Source of the DNA: Heteronotia binoei | Taxonomy: Eukaryota | Reading direction: 5' to 3' | DNA: 64,000 nucleotides | Assembly: GCF_032191835.1 (NCBI RefSeq) | Contig: NC_083234.1 | Span: 77,810,001 to 77,874,000 of the forward strand | In this document: positions 22,973 through 35,075 of the stretch, in pieces | Numbering within the stretch: position 1 is the stretch's first letter | Layout of the letters: every line of letters starts with the position of its first letter | Position numbers and translations under genes: made by a program | The notes under the pieces: model-generated | What the model was told of the DNA's origin: nothing | The model's input: the letters and a program-made list of their open reading frames with translations, nothing else | The model's database searches: none

Positions 22973-25900
22973 GCTATTGTGGTTGATTATGAAAAGGAGT
23001 GTGGGCAGTGTGAATTATTGCGAAAAGTGTACCTTGGTTTGATCTATGTTATTTGCACAGTCTGGTGAAGGTTATACATCAATTTTGTATTGCTTGAATA
23101 TACGTCGTTATGGCTCTTCCATGAATTTTCTTGTTGTTGTTGTCGTTGCCAACGACTGCCCAGGGCTGACTTTGCTTAGCTTCCGAAATCTGCTGAGATT
23201 GGGCCGGCCTGGGCTCCCCGGCCTTTGAGGTATTGCTGGACTCAAATCGAGCTCTTCTACTGCAGACCAACAGAGCTCCCTCTGAAACTATTGGCACCTG
23301 TGCAAACCTCAGACTGAGACGGCAGAAAAGAAAACGAGCCGTTTTAGCTGGGAGTCCCAAAGGGCCGTGCACCCATGCCAGGCTGGGAGATAGTTGCTTT
23401 CTCTCCAAAATGTTTGACTTCTCTTGTGGGGAAGTCACCTGCTGGGCTGCAGGGTGTGAAGTGGCCTCAGCTCTGCAGGCTGCAGCAAGACGCTTAGACC
23501 GATGGGTCCCCCCCCCCCCCCCCGCACATCCAGTGCCAGCCGAGGTTAAAGGGCTGTCTGGAGCAAATCCTTAAGAGCTTCTTGAATCTCTCCGAAGGTT
23601 GCGAATGTTTGTATCAAACCCTTCGAAATAAGACAACGACAAAACATATCTCCCCATTATAATCCAGTAAGACTGCAATCTAAATAGAGTTGCCAACTCC
23701 AGGCTGATAATTTTTTGGGGGGGAGAGGAAGGTTTGGGGAGGCGGAATTTCAGTGGGCTATGAGGCCAGAAAAGTCCCCTTGCAAAGCAGCTGTTTTCTC
23801 CAGGGGAACTGATGTGGGTGGTCAGGAGAATAGCTGTAATTCCAGGAGATCTCTAGGCCCCACCTGGAGGTTGGCAACCCTAAATCTAAGCCATCCACAT
23901 ATTTGGGCAAGAAAGAAAAGCACTTGGGTGTGGGTGTTTGTAAAGCATTTAACCCCCACCCCCAAACAAACCAGAAATATTCCCCCAATCGCCTGTAGAC
24001 AGAGACGAGCGGCCTTCCTCTTCCAGTCCATCCTGCATCCTCTTCCAAGTCATGCCCACCTTCAGCCTCAGCTTCCCACCCCTTCTGGCTTCTGGCACAT
24101 GTGCAGCCACTTCCTCCCTCCCTCCCTCTGGCCACTGCCGGCCAGGGCAGCTTCCATCCTTCCACCAGCCATTCAAGCCCATCAAATCTTGCTCCCCTCA
24201 AATACTAAAATCCGGGACACGGCGCCATCTCTCAAGAGGCCTGTGTAGGCGCTTCTGCAGCTCTGCCTCTCACAATGCGAGACAGACGGTCCTTACCTCG
24301 AACTGCTGCTCCCCCCCCCCCAGCAATTCCAGTGCAAAGTACTGTTATTATGTGGCTTCTTCCCTTTCTCAGGTTTCTCCTCCTAATGGGAAAATAACAG
24401 TCAAGATTTGAGCAAGAGCTGGGTGTTTGGGTGGGGGGGGGGCCGTGTTTATTCCCCCACACAAGGCCGTGAAAGCCTTTTGGACGCCTCTTTTGCAATT
24501 TGCTTTCGAAAAAGAAAATAACTGTTGTAGGAAATGGTGGAATGAGAGAAATGGAGAGGGGAGGAGGAGGGGAAAATGCTGTTGTTTGCTTGAAACATTT
24601 GACCGAGCCCTTTGGCATCCTCTGTGCATGGGGCCTTTCCTGCCTTCCTTGGGAAGTCGTCCCTGCCTAGATTAGATCCCCTATGGGGCAGAGACCTGGC
24701 TTGTTCACACAAGGAACTGGAAGCTGTTTGTGCCCCTGGCAGTTCTCCCATGCTGTAGGAGCTTGGCTTGGACCCAGATGGTGGCAGCATGGGTCTCGCC
24801 TGGGAGGTGGTGGTGGGCAGGAGAGACACCAGTCACTTCCTCCTGTGCCACCAGCCGCTCAGAGAAAGCTGTGTTTCTGCAGGGCGCAGCCACCTTCCTT
24901 GTCTTTCTGCTCTGTGTAGCTGCTTGGACAGAAATCTCTGCCCTGAATACTCTAGAAAGGGCTGATGCTTTGAAAGGAGCCACCCAGATGCCCACCGGGT
25001 GGAGGGCAAATTTGAGCCATGCCTCCTGGCTTGCTCCAAGCTTGGAATTCTTGAATGTGCAATTAAGGGATGCTTTTGGATCACTTGTCCTTGCCATTTT
25101 GGTTGGAAGGTCCCTGTTTCATTTTTGGCTTTGTGCAAATTGAACCTGGATTGTGTGTGTGTGTGCGCACGCCGTTGGCTGCTTCTTTGCATGGAATGTT
25201 TTGCTCCTATTAAATCTGCAAATTTTAATGATGCCAAAAGGAAATGAAAACGGTAGATGCTGAGCTGATAGAACTGAGTCCACCTTCCGGTGAAGTCAGG
25301 GGTGTGCAGCATATGCAAATGAGTTGTGCCAATGAGCTCTGGCACCTCTTTTGCTACAAAATGACTCCTACTCAGAGGTCTCCCCTCCAAGTCCTCACCT
25401 GGGCTGACTCCGCTTTGCTTCCGACATCTGATGAGAGGCAAGAGATGAACGTTGCCTCCCTCTGCATCCCAGCCCTGGGCTTCCCTGGTGGTCTCCCATC
25501 TGAATACTAGCCAGGGCTGACCCTGCTTAGCGTCTGAGGTCTGATGACTGGGTGAGCATGGGCTATCTAGGTCACGTATGGGATGCCCCACATGCATCTG
25601 CAAAACTTCTCTTGATTTTCAGTTCTGGGACCTCGTAGGGTGCCTGGAGCCCCCTGTAACGATCAGTATTCACAGTATCGTCATCACCCCTCGGCTCAGA
25701 TGACCCTGCATCTTTAGCTGATGCTGCCAGAACCGTTCTGCTTGCACGATGCATCATTATCATGGGACGCATAATTTCACTGCTGCAAAAATGTGACGGC
25801 CACCAGTCTGCTGCCCAGGTGCCGAGAGGCGGGTTGAGGGCTGTGCCCAGCAGCTGCGGCTCTGATTATGCCCTTCTTAGCAAGGCTGGCTCTCTCTCCC

Positions 25901-26384
25901 CTTGGGCACATGGTGCCACTGCTCGGGTCCCAGCAGGACTTGGCTGGAGCTGCCTGGTGGGAGTGGTGGTGGCAGGTCCCAGGTGGGATAAGCTGCACCT
26001 CACTGCCTGCACCTTGAAGCAATCCTGTTGAAATTTCCTGAGCTCAAGTCTAGGCAGATGAGCGGGTTAGGGGGAGCGCATCTGTACTTCTGTGCATGCT
26101 TGTAAGTCTGAGAGGCCTGCCTTGCTCCCTTCCTTCCAGCAGCCAGTGGGGCACTTGTCTCAGAGACCCTGGCCATTTTGGAGGGACATCAGGGAGAGCC
26201 ATGCTGGACTGGCTGCTGGTGGGAAGTCAGAAGTCCGGGGTGGGGGGGAGGAACAAAGGGGCAAGTGGCCCTCAGAAGCTGAGGAGTTCCAGCCAGAGCA
26301 ACCCGTGACTGGCCCTCAGGCTAGGGGGCCACTTCCGGAGGGTTCCCAGGTGGCAGAGGATGCCGGGTTGGGGAACTTGGGGGG

Positions 26385-27464
26385 GAGGTTGCCAGGTCCA
26401 GTCCAAGAAATATGTGGGACGTTGGGGGCGGAGCCAGGAGCAAGGGTGTCACAAGCACGGCTGAACGCCAAAGGGAGTTCTGGCCATCCCATTGAAAGGG
26501 ACCGGGCTCCTTTAAAATACCTTCCCTCCATTTGGAATAATGAAGGATAAAGGCACCTTATTTGAGGGCTCGTAGAATTGACTCCCTGGTCCAATCTTTT
26601 TGAAACTTAGGGGGTGTTTTGAGAAGAGGCACTGGATGCTGTGCTGAAAATTTGGTGCCTCTACCTCAAAAAACAGCTCCCCCGGAGCCTCAGATACTTG
26701 TGGGTCAATTCTCCATTATACCCTATGGGAATCAGTCTCCATAGGGAAGAATGGAGTGCCCAGCAGACCTTTCCCTCCCCCACCCCGCTTTCTGATGGCC
26801 CTGAAGTGGGGGGAGGGCCTCCAAACTGGGGGATCCCCTGCCCCCACCTGGGGATTGGCTACCCTAACCCTGGGCCAGTTGCGCTCTCAGCCTGACCTAC
26901 CTCACAGGGTGGTTGTGAGGATAAAATGGGGGAGGATGTCAGTTGCTTTGGGTCCCCGCTGGGGAGAAAGGCGTGGCATAATTAAATAAGGTTGTCAAGT
27001 CCAATTCAAGAAAGACCTGGGGACTTTGGGGGTGGAGCCAGGAGACACTGTGGGTGGAGCCAGGATCAAGGGCGTGATAAGCAGGACTGAACTCCAAAGG
27101 GAGTTCTGGCCATCACATTGAAAGGAACTGTGTTCCTTTTAAATGCCTTCCCTCCATTGGAAATAATGAAGGAGAGAGGCACCTTCTTTTGGGGCTCATG
27201 GAACTGAACCCCCTGGTGGGGAGGGTGTTTTGAGGATAGGCATTGGATGCTATGTTGCAAATTTGGTGCCTCTACCCCCAAAAAACAGCACCCCCAGAGC
27301 CCAAGATACCTGCAGATCAATTTTCCATTATACGCTAGAGAATCGGTCTCCATAGGGAATAAAGGAGTCCCTGCAGACATCCCCTCCATTTCTGATGACC
27401 CTGAAGCGGTGGAGGGCCTCCAAACCGGGGGATCCCCCGGCCCCACCTGGGGTTTGGCAACCCT
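26385..27464 (+). mobile_element. Two tandem copies (26385-26866, 26987-27464) of a ~470-bp hAT MITE with TAGGGTTGCCAA-type termini
   Basis: Both start (A)GGTTG(C/T)CA(A/G)GTCCA and end TTGGC(A/T)ACCCT; same family as 44344 and 45208. Confidence 0.8.
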
Positions 27465-27681
27465 CGAATTAAAGTTAATAAAGAAATAAATACAAAGTGT
27501 CCTGCGCACCTTCTCTCGGATGCTGAATGTTGCCATCGATTGCAAAGATATCCCTCGGACAATTCCTGATTCAACCGGGCCTGAGCTGGAGGGGGCTCTG
27601 GGAGGGGTAAGAAAATGGGACAGACTGTCAGGCAAAGAACCCCATTTCTATTACCCTCCCCTCTCTTGTCTCTCTCGGCAG

Positions 27682-27793
27682 ATGATCCCCCCAGACCAAG
27701 AACTCCTGGTCTGGTACGGAAATTCCCACAACACCTTCCTGGGCATTCCCGGCGTGCTGGGCCTGGAGGAGGAGCAGAAGAAGAGCAAGCACG
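27682..27793 (+). CDS. PRDM12: PRDM12 coding exon 4 (end of PR domain)
   Basis: tctcggcAG|...|GTGAGT; 112 nt; [37 protein letters not shown]. Confidence 0.98.
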
Positions 27794-27830
27794 GTGAGTC
27801 GAGTGGAGATGAGGCTTGTGTAAGAAAGTG

Positions 27831-28398
27831 AACATAAGAACATAAGAAAAGCCATGTTGGATCAGGCCAATGGCCCCTCCAGTCCAACACTCTGAGTCAC
27901 ATAAGAGCATAAGAGAAGCCATGTTGGATCAGGCCAATGGCCCCTCCAGTCCAACACTCTGTGTCACATAAGAGCATAAGAGAAGCCATGTTGGATCAGG
28001 CCAATGGCCCATCCAGTCCAACACTCTGAGTCACATAAGAGCATAAGAGAAGCCATGTTGGATCAGGCCAATGGCCCATCCAGTCCAACACTCTGTGTCA
28101 CACAGTGGCCACACACACACATACAAGCACACACACACACACACACATATATACACACACTGTGGCTAATAGCCACTGATGGACCTCTGCTCCATATTTT
28201 AATCCAAACCCCTCTTGAAGCTGGCTATGCCTGTAGCCGCCACCACCTCCTGTGGCAGTGTTAATCACCCTTTGGGTGAAGAAGTACTTCCTTTTATCCG
28301 TTCTAACCTGACTGCTCAGAAATTTCATTGAATGCCCAGGAGTTCTTGTATTGTGAGAAAGGAAGAAAAGGACTTCTTTTTCTACTTTCTCCATCCCA
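27831..28398 (-). mobile_element. CR1 3' fragment whose tail is tandemly repeated 4 x 67 bp
   Basis: GCCATG recurs at 27851, 27918, 27985 and 28052; CR1 ORF2 peptide EKEVLFFLSHNTRT. Confidence 0.9.
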
Positions 28399-28586
28399 TG
28401 CAATTCACCATGGGACAATAGAACAAGATTTAGGTTTGCAATAGGTTTGCAATGCAATCAACTAGCTTTCGGGTTACACAGAGTTCTTTCTCCGATTGGA
28501 TATTCGGTTTTGCTAAGAGGGGGTAGATAAATGTAATAAGGGAGCTTAGCATGGCCAGAATCCCCCTCCCACGGTGCCTTTAGGCT

Positions 28587-29237
28587 TAAGAACATAAGAG
28601 AAGCCATGTTGGCTTAGGCCAATGGCCTATCCAGTCCAACACTGTCACACATTGGCCAAAAAAATCTGGGTGCCATTAGGAGGGCTGCCAGTGGGGCCAG
28701 GACACTAGAAGCCCTCACACTGTTGCCCCCCCCCCCCCCCAAGCACCAAGGATACAGAGCATCCCTGCCCCAGACAGAGAGTTCCATCGATACCCTGTGG
28801 CTGATAGCCACTGATGGACTTCTGCTCCATATGTTGATCCAATCGCCTCTGGAAGCCATTTATGCTTGTAGCCACCACCACCTCCTGCGGCAATGAATTC
28901 CATGTATTAATGTATTCCTTTTATCAGTTCTAACCCGACTGCTCAGCAATTTCATTGCGTGTCCACAAGTTCTTGTATTTTGAGAAAGGGAGAAAAGTGC
29001 TTCTTTCTCTACCTTCTCTGTCCTGTACATAATCTTGTAAACCCCTCAGTCATCATTTCTCCAAACTAAAGAGCCCCAAGCGCTTTAACCTTTCTTCATA
29101 GGAAAAGTCTTCCAACCCTTTAATCATTCTGGTTGCCTGTCAATAGTGTTCTCTCTAAAACAAAGGCCTCGTTGTGCTGCTATAATATCTTTTTTGAGGT
29201 GTGGTGGCCAGAATTGTACACAGAACTCCAAATGACC
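28587..29237 (-). mobile_element. CR1 3' fragment (degenerate)
   Basis: Same tail and ORF2 remnants as the 15020 copy. Confidence 0.8.
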
Positions 29238-29384
29238 TTCTGTCCAGGCTCTGCTCTCTGCTGCTTCCGGTGTTCTCCAGCAGCATGGGGACTGCCCCCC
29301 ACAAGGTTTGGGGAAGCAGGGGGCATTATCCAGACTCTGTAATAGCTTTTTGCAAGAGAAAGGTGGGAGGTCTCTGCCACAGAA

Positions 29385-29775
29385 GAAGATGATATTGGAT
29401 TTATCTCCCGCCCTATACTTTGAATCTCAGAGTGGCTCACAATCTCCTCTACCTCCCCCCCCCTCCACAATAGACACCCTGCGAGGTAGGTGGGGCTGAG
29501 AGAACTCTTACTGCAGCTGCCCTTTAGAGCTATGGCTGACCCAAGGCCATTCCAGCAGCTGCAAGTGGAGGAGTGGGGAATCAAACCTGGTTCTCCCAGA
29601 GAAGAGTCCGCACACTTAACCACTACACCAAACTGTCTCTCACAAGGACAGCTCTGCCAGAGCTATGGCTGACCCAAGACCATTCCAGCAGCTGCAAGTG
29701 GAGGAGTGGGGAATCAAACCCGGTTCTCCCAGAGAAGAGTCCCCACACTTAACCACTACACCAAACTGCCTCTCT
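29385..29775 (-). mobile_element. tRNA-derived SINE with L2-like tail; 5' portion duplicated
   Basis: Reverse complement of the 40144 element; the head region appears twice (~29525-29640 and ~29660-29775). Confidence 0.8.
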
Positions 29776-30411
29776 AAAACAGGTTTCTGCGCGTCTCTGT
29801 TTTCATCAAAGTTTGAGTCCAGAGGCACCTTTAAGACCAACGAAGTTTAATTCTGGCTGGCTCTAAGCTTTTGCACACGTGCACACTTTTTTAGACACAT
29901 TGAGACAGACTTCCTCAAGCCTTGTGTGTAGGTAGAGAGAGTGACTCATGCAGAGATACATTTTTGAGGACAGGTAATTTTGTGTATCTTTGTATCACGG
30001 CTGATCTCATTATATCCAGAGCAGAGGCGTTAGGCAAAGCCAGCGACTCTCACCTGTGCTGTGCTCCCCCTCTCCCACCCTGCCCAGCTCTTAGAACATT
30101 TGCCAAGATGATTGCTATGCGGATGAAATAGGTAGATACATCTCTGTATGGTTTAGATCCAAAGTCACTACCAGTGATAGTTACTTCTCAGAATGCACTC
30201 CTCTAAAATGTGGTCTGAGAGTGTTTCAGCAGCTTTGTGTGATTGTAAATGAGAGAGGGAGAGAGGGAGCTTTCAATCGCAAGCAGCTTGCTGATTTCGT
30301 ATACAATAATATAGAAAGAGCTTAGACTGTAAAGGACAAGCCTTTTGTTATCTATTTGTACATTTTAGGGTTTTGCCCCAAATCTTCTAGCACTTTCTTC
30401 TAACACAAATT

Positions 30412-30708
30412 TCAATGGGGATAAATTTAAAGTTTTGCATTTAGGTTGGAAAAATCCAATGCATCATTATAGGATGGGGGAGACTTGTCTTGGCAGCTGT
30501 ACGTGGGAAAAGGATCTAGTAGTCTTAGTAGACCCTACACTGAACATTAAGTCAACAGTGTGATGTGGTGGCTAAAAAGGCAAATGGGATTTTGGGCAGG
30601 ATCAACAGAAGTCTAGTGTCCAGATCATGCAAAGTGATGGTATCGTTTTACTCTGCTCTGGTTAGACCTCACCTGGAGCCTTGTGTTCAGTTTTGGGCAC
30701 CACAGTTT
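30412..30708 (+). mobile_element. CR1 ORF2 fragment
   Basis: Encodes KFKVLHLG..N....Y.MG.......EKDL.VLVD..L, a typical CR1 C-terminal region. Confidence 0.75.
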
Positions 30709-31251
30709 AGTCATTTAAGCTTCTAGGGCTTGATTTGCTCTAGAACCCACGTTGTCTTTTTGGCAGTCCACAGTATCTGTAAAACTCTCCTCCAACCAGG
30801 GCTGGCCCTAGACTGGCACCCTAGACAAGGCTAACTTCTGGTACCTCCCCTGCACTGATAACGTCACTGAGCCACGTGGAGGGGTGCCCAATTCATCACC
30901 CCAGAAGGCTGGTGCCCTAGCCAATTGCTAAGTTTGCCTCCAACACTCCATTTCAGATGAATCTGCTTTCTTCCTGTCAGCTTTCTTCACTGTGCAAGAA
31001 GTACCCTGTCTGAATAGATCAGATGTCTGTGGATTCTGGGACAATAGGCCCTCTAAGCTGTGGAGTCTCGTGAGCTACTGGCATTAAAGTTGTGAGCGAG
31101 TGATTTGGCTACTGCATAACTTAGTTTGCTCTGAGGCCATCTTTCCTGACCTAAGACAAAAATATGTGAACTGGAGGCTTAAAAACTTGAGCTAGCTCAC
31201 ACTAACTCAGCTTAGAGGGAACATTGGTCTGGGGTGAATTTTTCTTTCATT

Positions 31252-31582
31252 GACTCAGTGAGACAGGCTTCCTCGGGAGGTGGTGGGCTCTCCTTCCTTG
31301 GAGGTTTTTCAACAGAGGCTGGATGGCCACCTGACAGCAATGAGGATCCTGTGAATTTAGTGGGAGGTGTTTGTGAGTTTGGAGCAGTTCCTCAGTGGAA
31401 CAGGCTTCCTCGGGAGGTGGTGGGCTCTCCTTCCTTGGAGGTTTTTAAACAGAGGCTAGATGGCCATTTGACAGCAATGTGGATCCTGTGAATTTCGGGG
31501 GAGGTGTTTGTGAGTTTCCTGCATTGTGCAGGGGGCTGGACTAGATGACCCTGGAGGTCCCTTCCAACTCTAGGATTCTATG
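31252..31582 (+). mobile_element. CR1 3' end with internal ~130-bp duplication
   Basis: WNRLPREVVGSPSLEVFKQRLD occurs twice; tail CCCTTCCAACTCTAGGATTCTATGA. Confidence 0.88.
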
Positions 31583-31874
31583 ACTGCCCCTTGGAGAGAG
31601 CTGTGGACACAGCAGGAGATATTTCCCAAGGCTTCCCTTGCTCCTCTTAGCCAATACCGATCCCGGTATTACTTTGGCGATGGCAGGATTTCTGCCAGCG
31701 TGGCTTCTGGGTGGGGATGGAATTCGAGGGTAGTACTTGTAAGACTGTTAAATACAGCCCCGTCTGCTTATTCTGGGGCGTATCTCTGTTGCCTCGTCGC
31801 TGGAAGAGCGGGAAAGCCCAGCTCGCAGCCCCCGCCCGCGAATGACGTTTCCCCTCTCCTTCTTTGCCCTGCAG

Positions 31875-32257
31875 AGGATTTCCACGTGGCGGAAGCCGGG
31901 GCCAGCAGCTCCGGGCGCATGCGCTGCGTCATCTGCCACCGTGGGTTCAACTCNNNNNNNNNNNNNNNNNNNNNNNNNNNNNNNNNNNNNNNNNNNNNNN
32001 NNNNNNNNNNNNNNNNNNNNNNNNNNNNNNNNNNNNNNNNNNNNNNNNNNNNNNNNNNNNNNNNNNNNNNNNNNNNNNNNNNNNNNNNNNNNNNNNNNNN
32101 NNNNNNNNNNNNNNNNNNNNNNNNNNNNNNNNNNNNNNNNNNNNNNNNNNNNNNNNNNNNNNNNNCCCCCAACGGCGCCCTGCAGTCGCACTCGCCCGCC
32201 CTGCCCGTGCCGCACCCCGCCGCCCTGGCCCACCACATCCCAACCATGGTGCTGTGA
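31875..32257 (+). CDS. PRDM12: PRDM12 last coding exon (three C2H2 zinc fingers, mostly in N gap; C-terminus and TGA stop)
   Basis: gccctgcAG|, then (E)[25 protein letters not shown][gap][29 protein letters not shown]. Frame is preserved across the 212-N gap. Confidence 0.95.
31954..32165. other. Assembly gap (212 N) covering the PRDM12 zinc fingers
   Basis: Run of N in a GC-rich exon. Confidence 0.99.
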
Positions 32258-34239
32258 AAGGGGGCAGCCCGGCGGCGTGGGGGAAGGGGCTGGGGATTCA
32301 GCAGCGGCCTCGAGCCGGGCAGCGAAGTGGAACTTCCATGTGCAAGAGCAGTGCACCTCTGAGCAGGATGGAGGCAAGCCGTCCCCGCCTCTGCCTGCTC
32401 GGGAGGTTCTGAGGGGCGGACCTCGGGTCTGGGCCGGGACGGGCAAAGGAGAGGAGGCTGCTGCGCCTGCCATCCCCGCTGGGGGGGTGGGTGGGCAGGG
32501 GCGATCTTGGCACATTGCCTTTTGCTGGGGGATACGCAGAAAGAAATCTCCAAAACGCTTCCAAAGTCTCCATCCAATGCAGCATCTTCTTGCATTTTGT
32601 AGTCGGGTCTGGGGCAGAATGAAAGAGAGAAACTGGAGAGCTTCCCCACGGCCGCGGCAGCAGAGAGAACCGGGTTCAAGTGATGCCGGAGAGAAACAGG
32701 GAGAGGAGTAGCGAAAAGAAATCTGCACAGTTGTTTTGGGGGGCTGTTTAGTGAGAATGTAGTTAAGAAGCCCAGTTAATTAAAACCCTTTCACTTGACT
32801 AAAAAGGTTCCTGTAACTTGGAGGGGGGGGACGGATGACTAATTGTTCTTAATTTTAAAAAACTGCAATGGCAACTGCCATCTAAGAAGGGACATGTCCT
32901 CCATTTCCCACCGCCCCCCTCCCATGTAGGAGAGAACGCCTCTTCTGACACATTCTTAGAAAAGGCTGACCCGCTGCTTTCTGACACACAAGAGGGGAGG
33001 TCTCTTCTAAGACAGGCTTGCTGCTGCAACACACGAGTGCGTGGCCCAAACACAATGCAAGGAAAGCTGGCATTCTTCCGAGCTCTTATTTCCTTCCTAT
33101 GCATGGAGCGTTTTCCCTAGCTGGGCTATAAGGTTCAAAATGAGTCTCCCTAGGAGGAAAATCGGCTTCTGGTGGGGGATGCGGGAGGAATGGATCTGCA
33201 AGGGGAAATGGACATCCCACCCATCTGGGCATCACATTCCCCTTCGTCTTGGCAAATGGAGACTCTTCACGCACCCGGCTGTCTCAGCTCCCAGTCTGCA
33301 AGATGGAAACAGGAACTCTGGCCTGCATTACAGGGCTGTTGTACAGCTCGCTGGAAGCTAACGTGTGTAAAGTGTTTTGAATATGCACAGGCAGAATAAA
33401 TAGGTTAAGTATTCTTATTTTTACGTGTGGTTGTATCCAGACTTGTATTCCCCTTGTACTTCCAGCTGGAAATGGTACAGTCCAAGGAAGACTTGACCAT
33501 GTGATGCTGATAAGTGTATAGGGAATGTTGAAGATCCCCCAAGGGGCTGCTGGTGGTCTATGATTTATTTGCCAGCCTCTGGGTGAGGCCTAAGATCTTA
33601 CAGAATTACAAGTGATCTTCACATTGCCCACAGAGAAAATGCCTTCTCTGGAGGGTGAGCTCTATGGCATTATGCCCCAGTGAGATCCGTCCCCTCCCCA
33701 TTTCCCACCCTTCCTAGGCTCCACCTCACAAATCTCCCAGAATTTCCCAACCCAGATTTGGCAGCCCTGATCCAAACGGATGTACCTCTTTTACCTCCTG
33801 CTTCGTTTCTGAGCTCTTACCCACGGATCTGACCCACCCTGCTTTCTTCTCTACAGTTAATGCTGAGTGACTGAAGGCAGCCAGAGAGCCACAATCTAAC
33901 CCTCCCCCTGCAAGGCTCTTCTCAGCCTCAGAGGCTGTGCCAGCAGCCCCTTGGGCACCTCAGACACCTCTCTGGGGTTATCTTCCAGTCCCTGAGGGGC
34001 GGGTGGTGGCTTTTAAGGAATGGGAGCCCTGGGGCTTACCCACCTACTACAATATTCCCATCTAGGTGAGATCAGATTACCCCAGAAAGTTCTCTGGGAT
34101 ATCCCCCCCCCCCCCAGTTTCCTGGTGGGACTGGACAGGTTAAGCACCTTTGGTTGGAGCTGGACCCTCTGCCAGGCTTTTGTCAGGTGCTCATCCCTGC
34201 TTCTTCTAGATCCTTGGTCCTCTGTGAACAAGCTGTCCG

Positions 34240-34565
34240 AGGAGCAGAACCAAGTCTGAGTCTAGGGGCATCTTTAAGGCCAACAAAGTTTAATTCTGAG
34301 TCTAAGCTTTCATGCGCATACACACTTCATAGGCTGGTGGGTAGCCGTGTTGCTCTGAAGCAATAGAACAGAGCCCAGTGGCAACTTTAAGACCGACAAA
34401 GTTTAATTCTGCACAGAAGCTTCGATGTGCATGCACACTTCATAGATTCAGGGTTAGCCATGTTGGTCCGAAGCACTGGAACAAAGTTGGAGTCCAGGGG
34501 CACCTCTGAGGCCAGCAAAGTTCCTGGGGTATAAGCTTTCACGCGCATGCTTTCATGTGCATCCT
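34240..34565 (-). mobile_element. Three tandem degenerate Penelope-like pLTR units in the putative PRDM12 3' UTR
   Basis: Repeating GAG(T/C)C(C/T)AG.GGCA.CT.T.AG.CC..CAAAG...AAGCTT...GCA...TTCAT units, reverse complement of the 7103/49400 motif. Confidence 0.6.
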
Positions 34566-35069
34566 TCCAGGTTTACTTGCAGCAAACCGGATCACGGTTT
34601 GGCATGACATCAGAAGCCAGATGTGTGAAGCTTATTTCCCATATGCAGTTCACCTATTAGCAGACTTAAACTGAAAATCCCACCGAGTTCCTCTGCAGAG
34701 ATTTAAAAACTCCTCTGGTCCCTCCTAGAAGTGTACGTCCCATGTGAGCCAACCGCCACGTCCCCAAGTACTGGCCACACCCTCTTCTGAAGCCCCGCCA
34801 AAACCCCCGCGTCCCACCAGGGAGAAGGAATGTTTGTGAAATAGAGGTTTTTAATGTCTCGGTGATGCTGACGGTCTTGTAAGGAGAGAGGCTGCGTCAA
34901 GTGGCTGCAGGCAGGGTTCGGACTTCCAGAAAACGATGGTCACTTTAACCCTGTAAATACTTCGTATAAAACACTATTTACAAAACTTTGATATTATATA
35001 TTATTTGACTGTATGATGTACACAGTTGTATATATCTTTGTACCTCTCGCGCTCTCTTGTATTCTAAAT

Positions 35070-35075
35070 AATAAA
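35070..35075 (+). terminator. Polyadenylation signal (PRDM12)
   Basis: AATAAA after an AT-rich non-repetitive block, followed by GT/T-rich sequence (ggttttgttattgtgg). Confidence 0.6.

Noticed and set aside
24833-25603. 256-aa minus-strand ORF
   Set aside because: It runs through a 5S-SINE, a MITE and a (CA)n tract, with no recognisable domain.
27831-28100. CRISPR-like appearance of regularly spaced repeats (also 40311-40726)
   Set aside because: The units are contiguous with no unique spacers, derive from CR1/SINE tails, and the DNA is vertebrate.
31580-32728. Several long overlapping ORFs (289-326 aa) on both strands
   Set aside because: They are inflated by the 212-N gap and high GC content; only the PRDM12 frame has recognisable homology.
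33395-33400. AATAAA as the main PRDM12 poly(A) signal
   Set aside because: It sits at the end of a MIR/L2-like remnant; the 35070 signal has better context. It remains a possible minor site.
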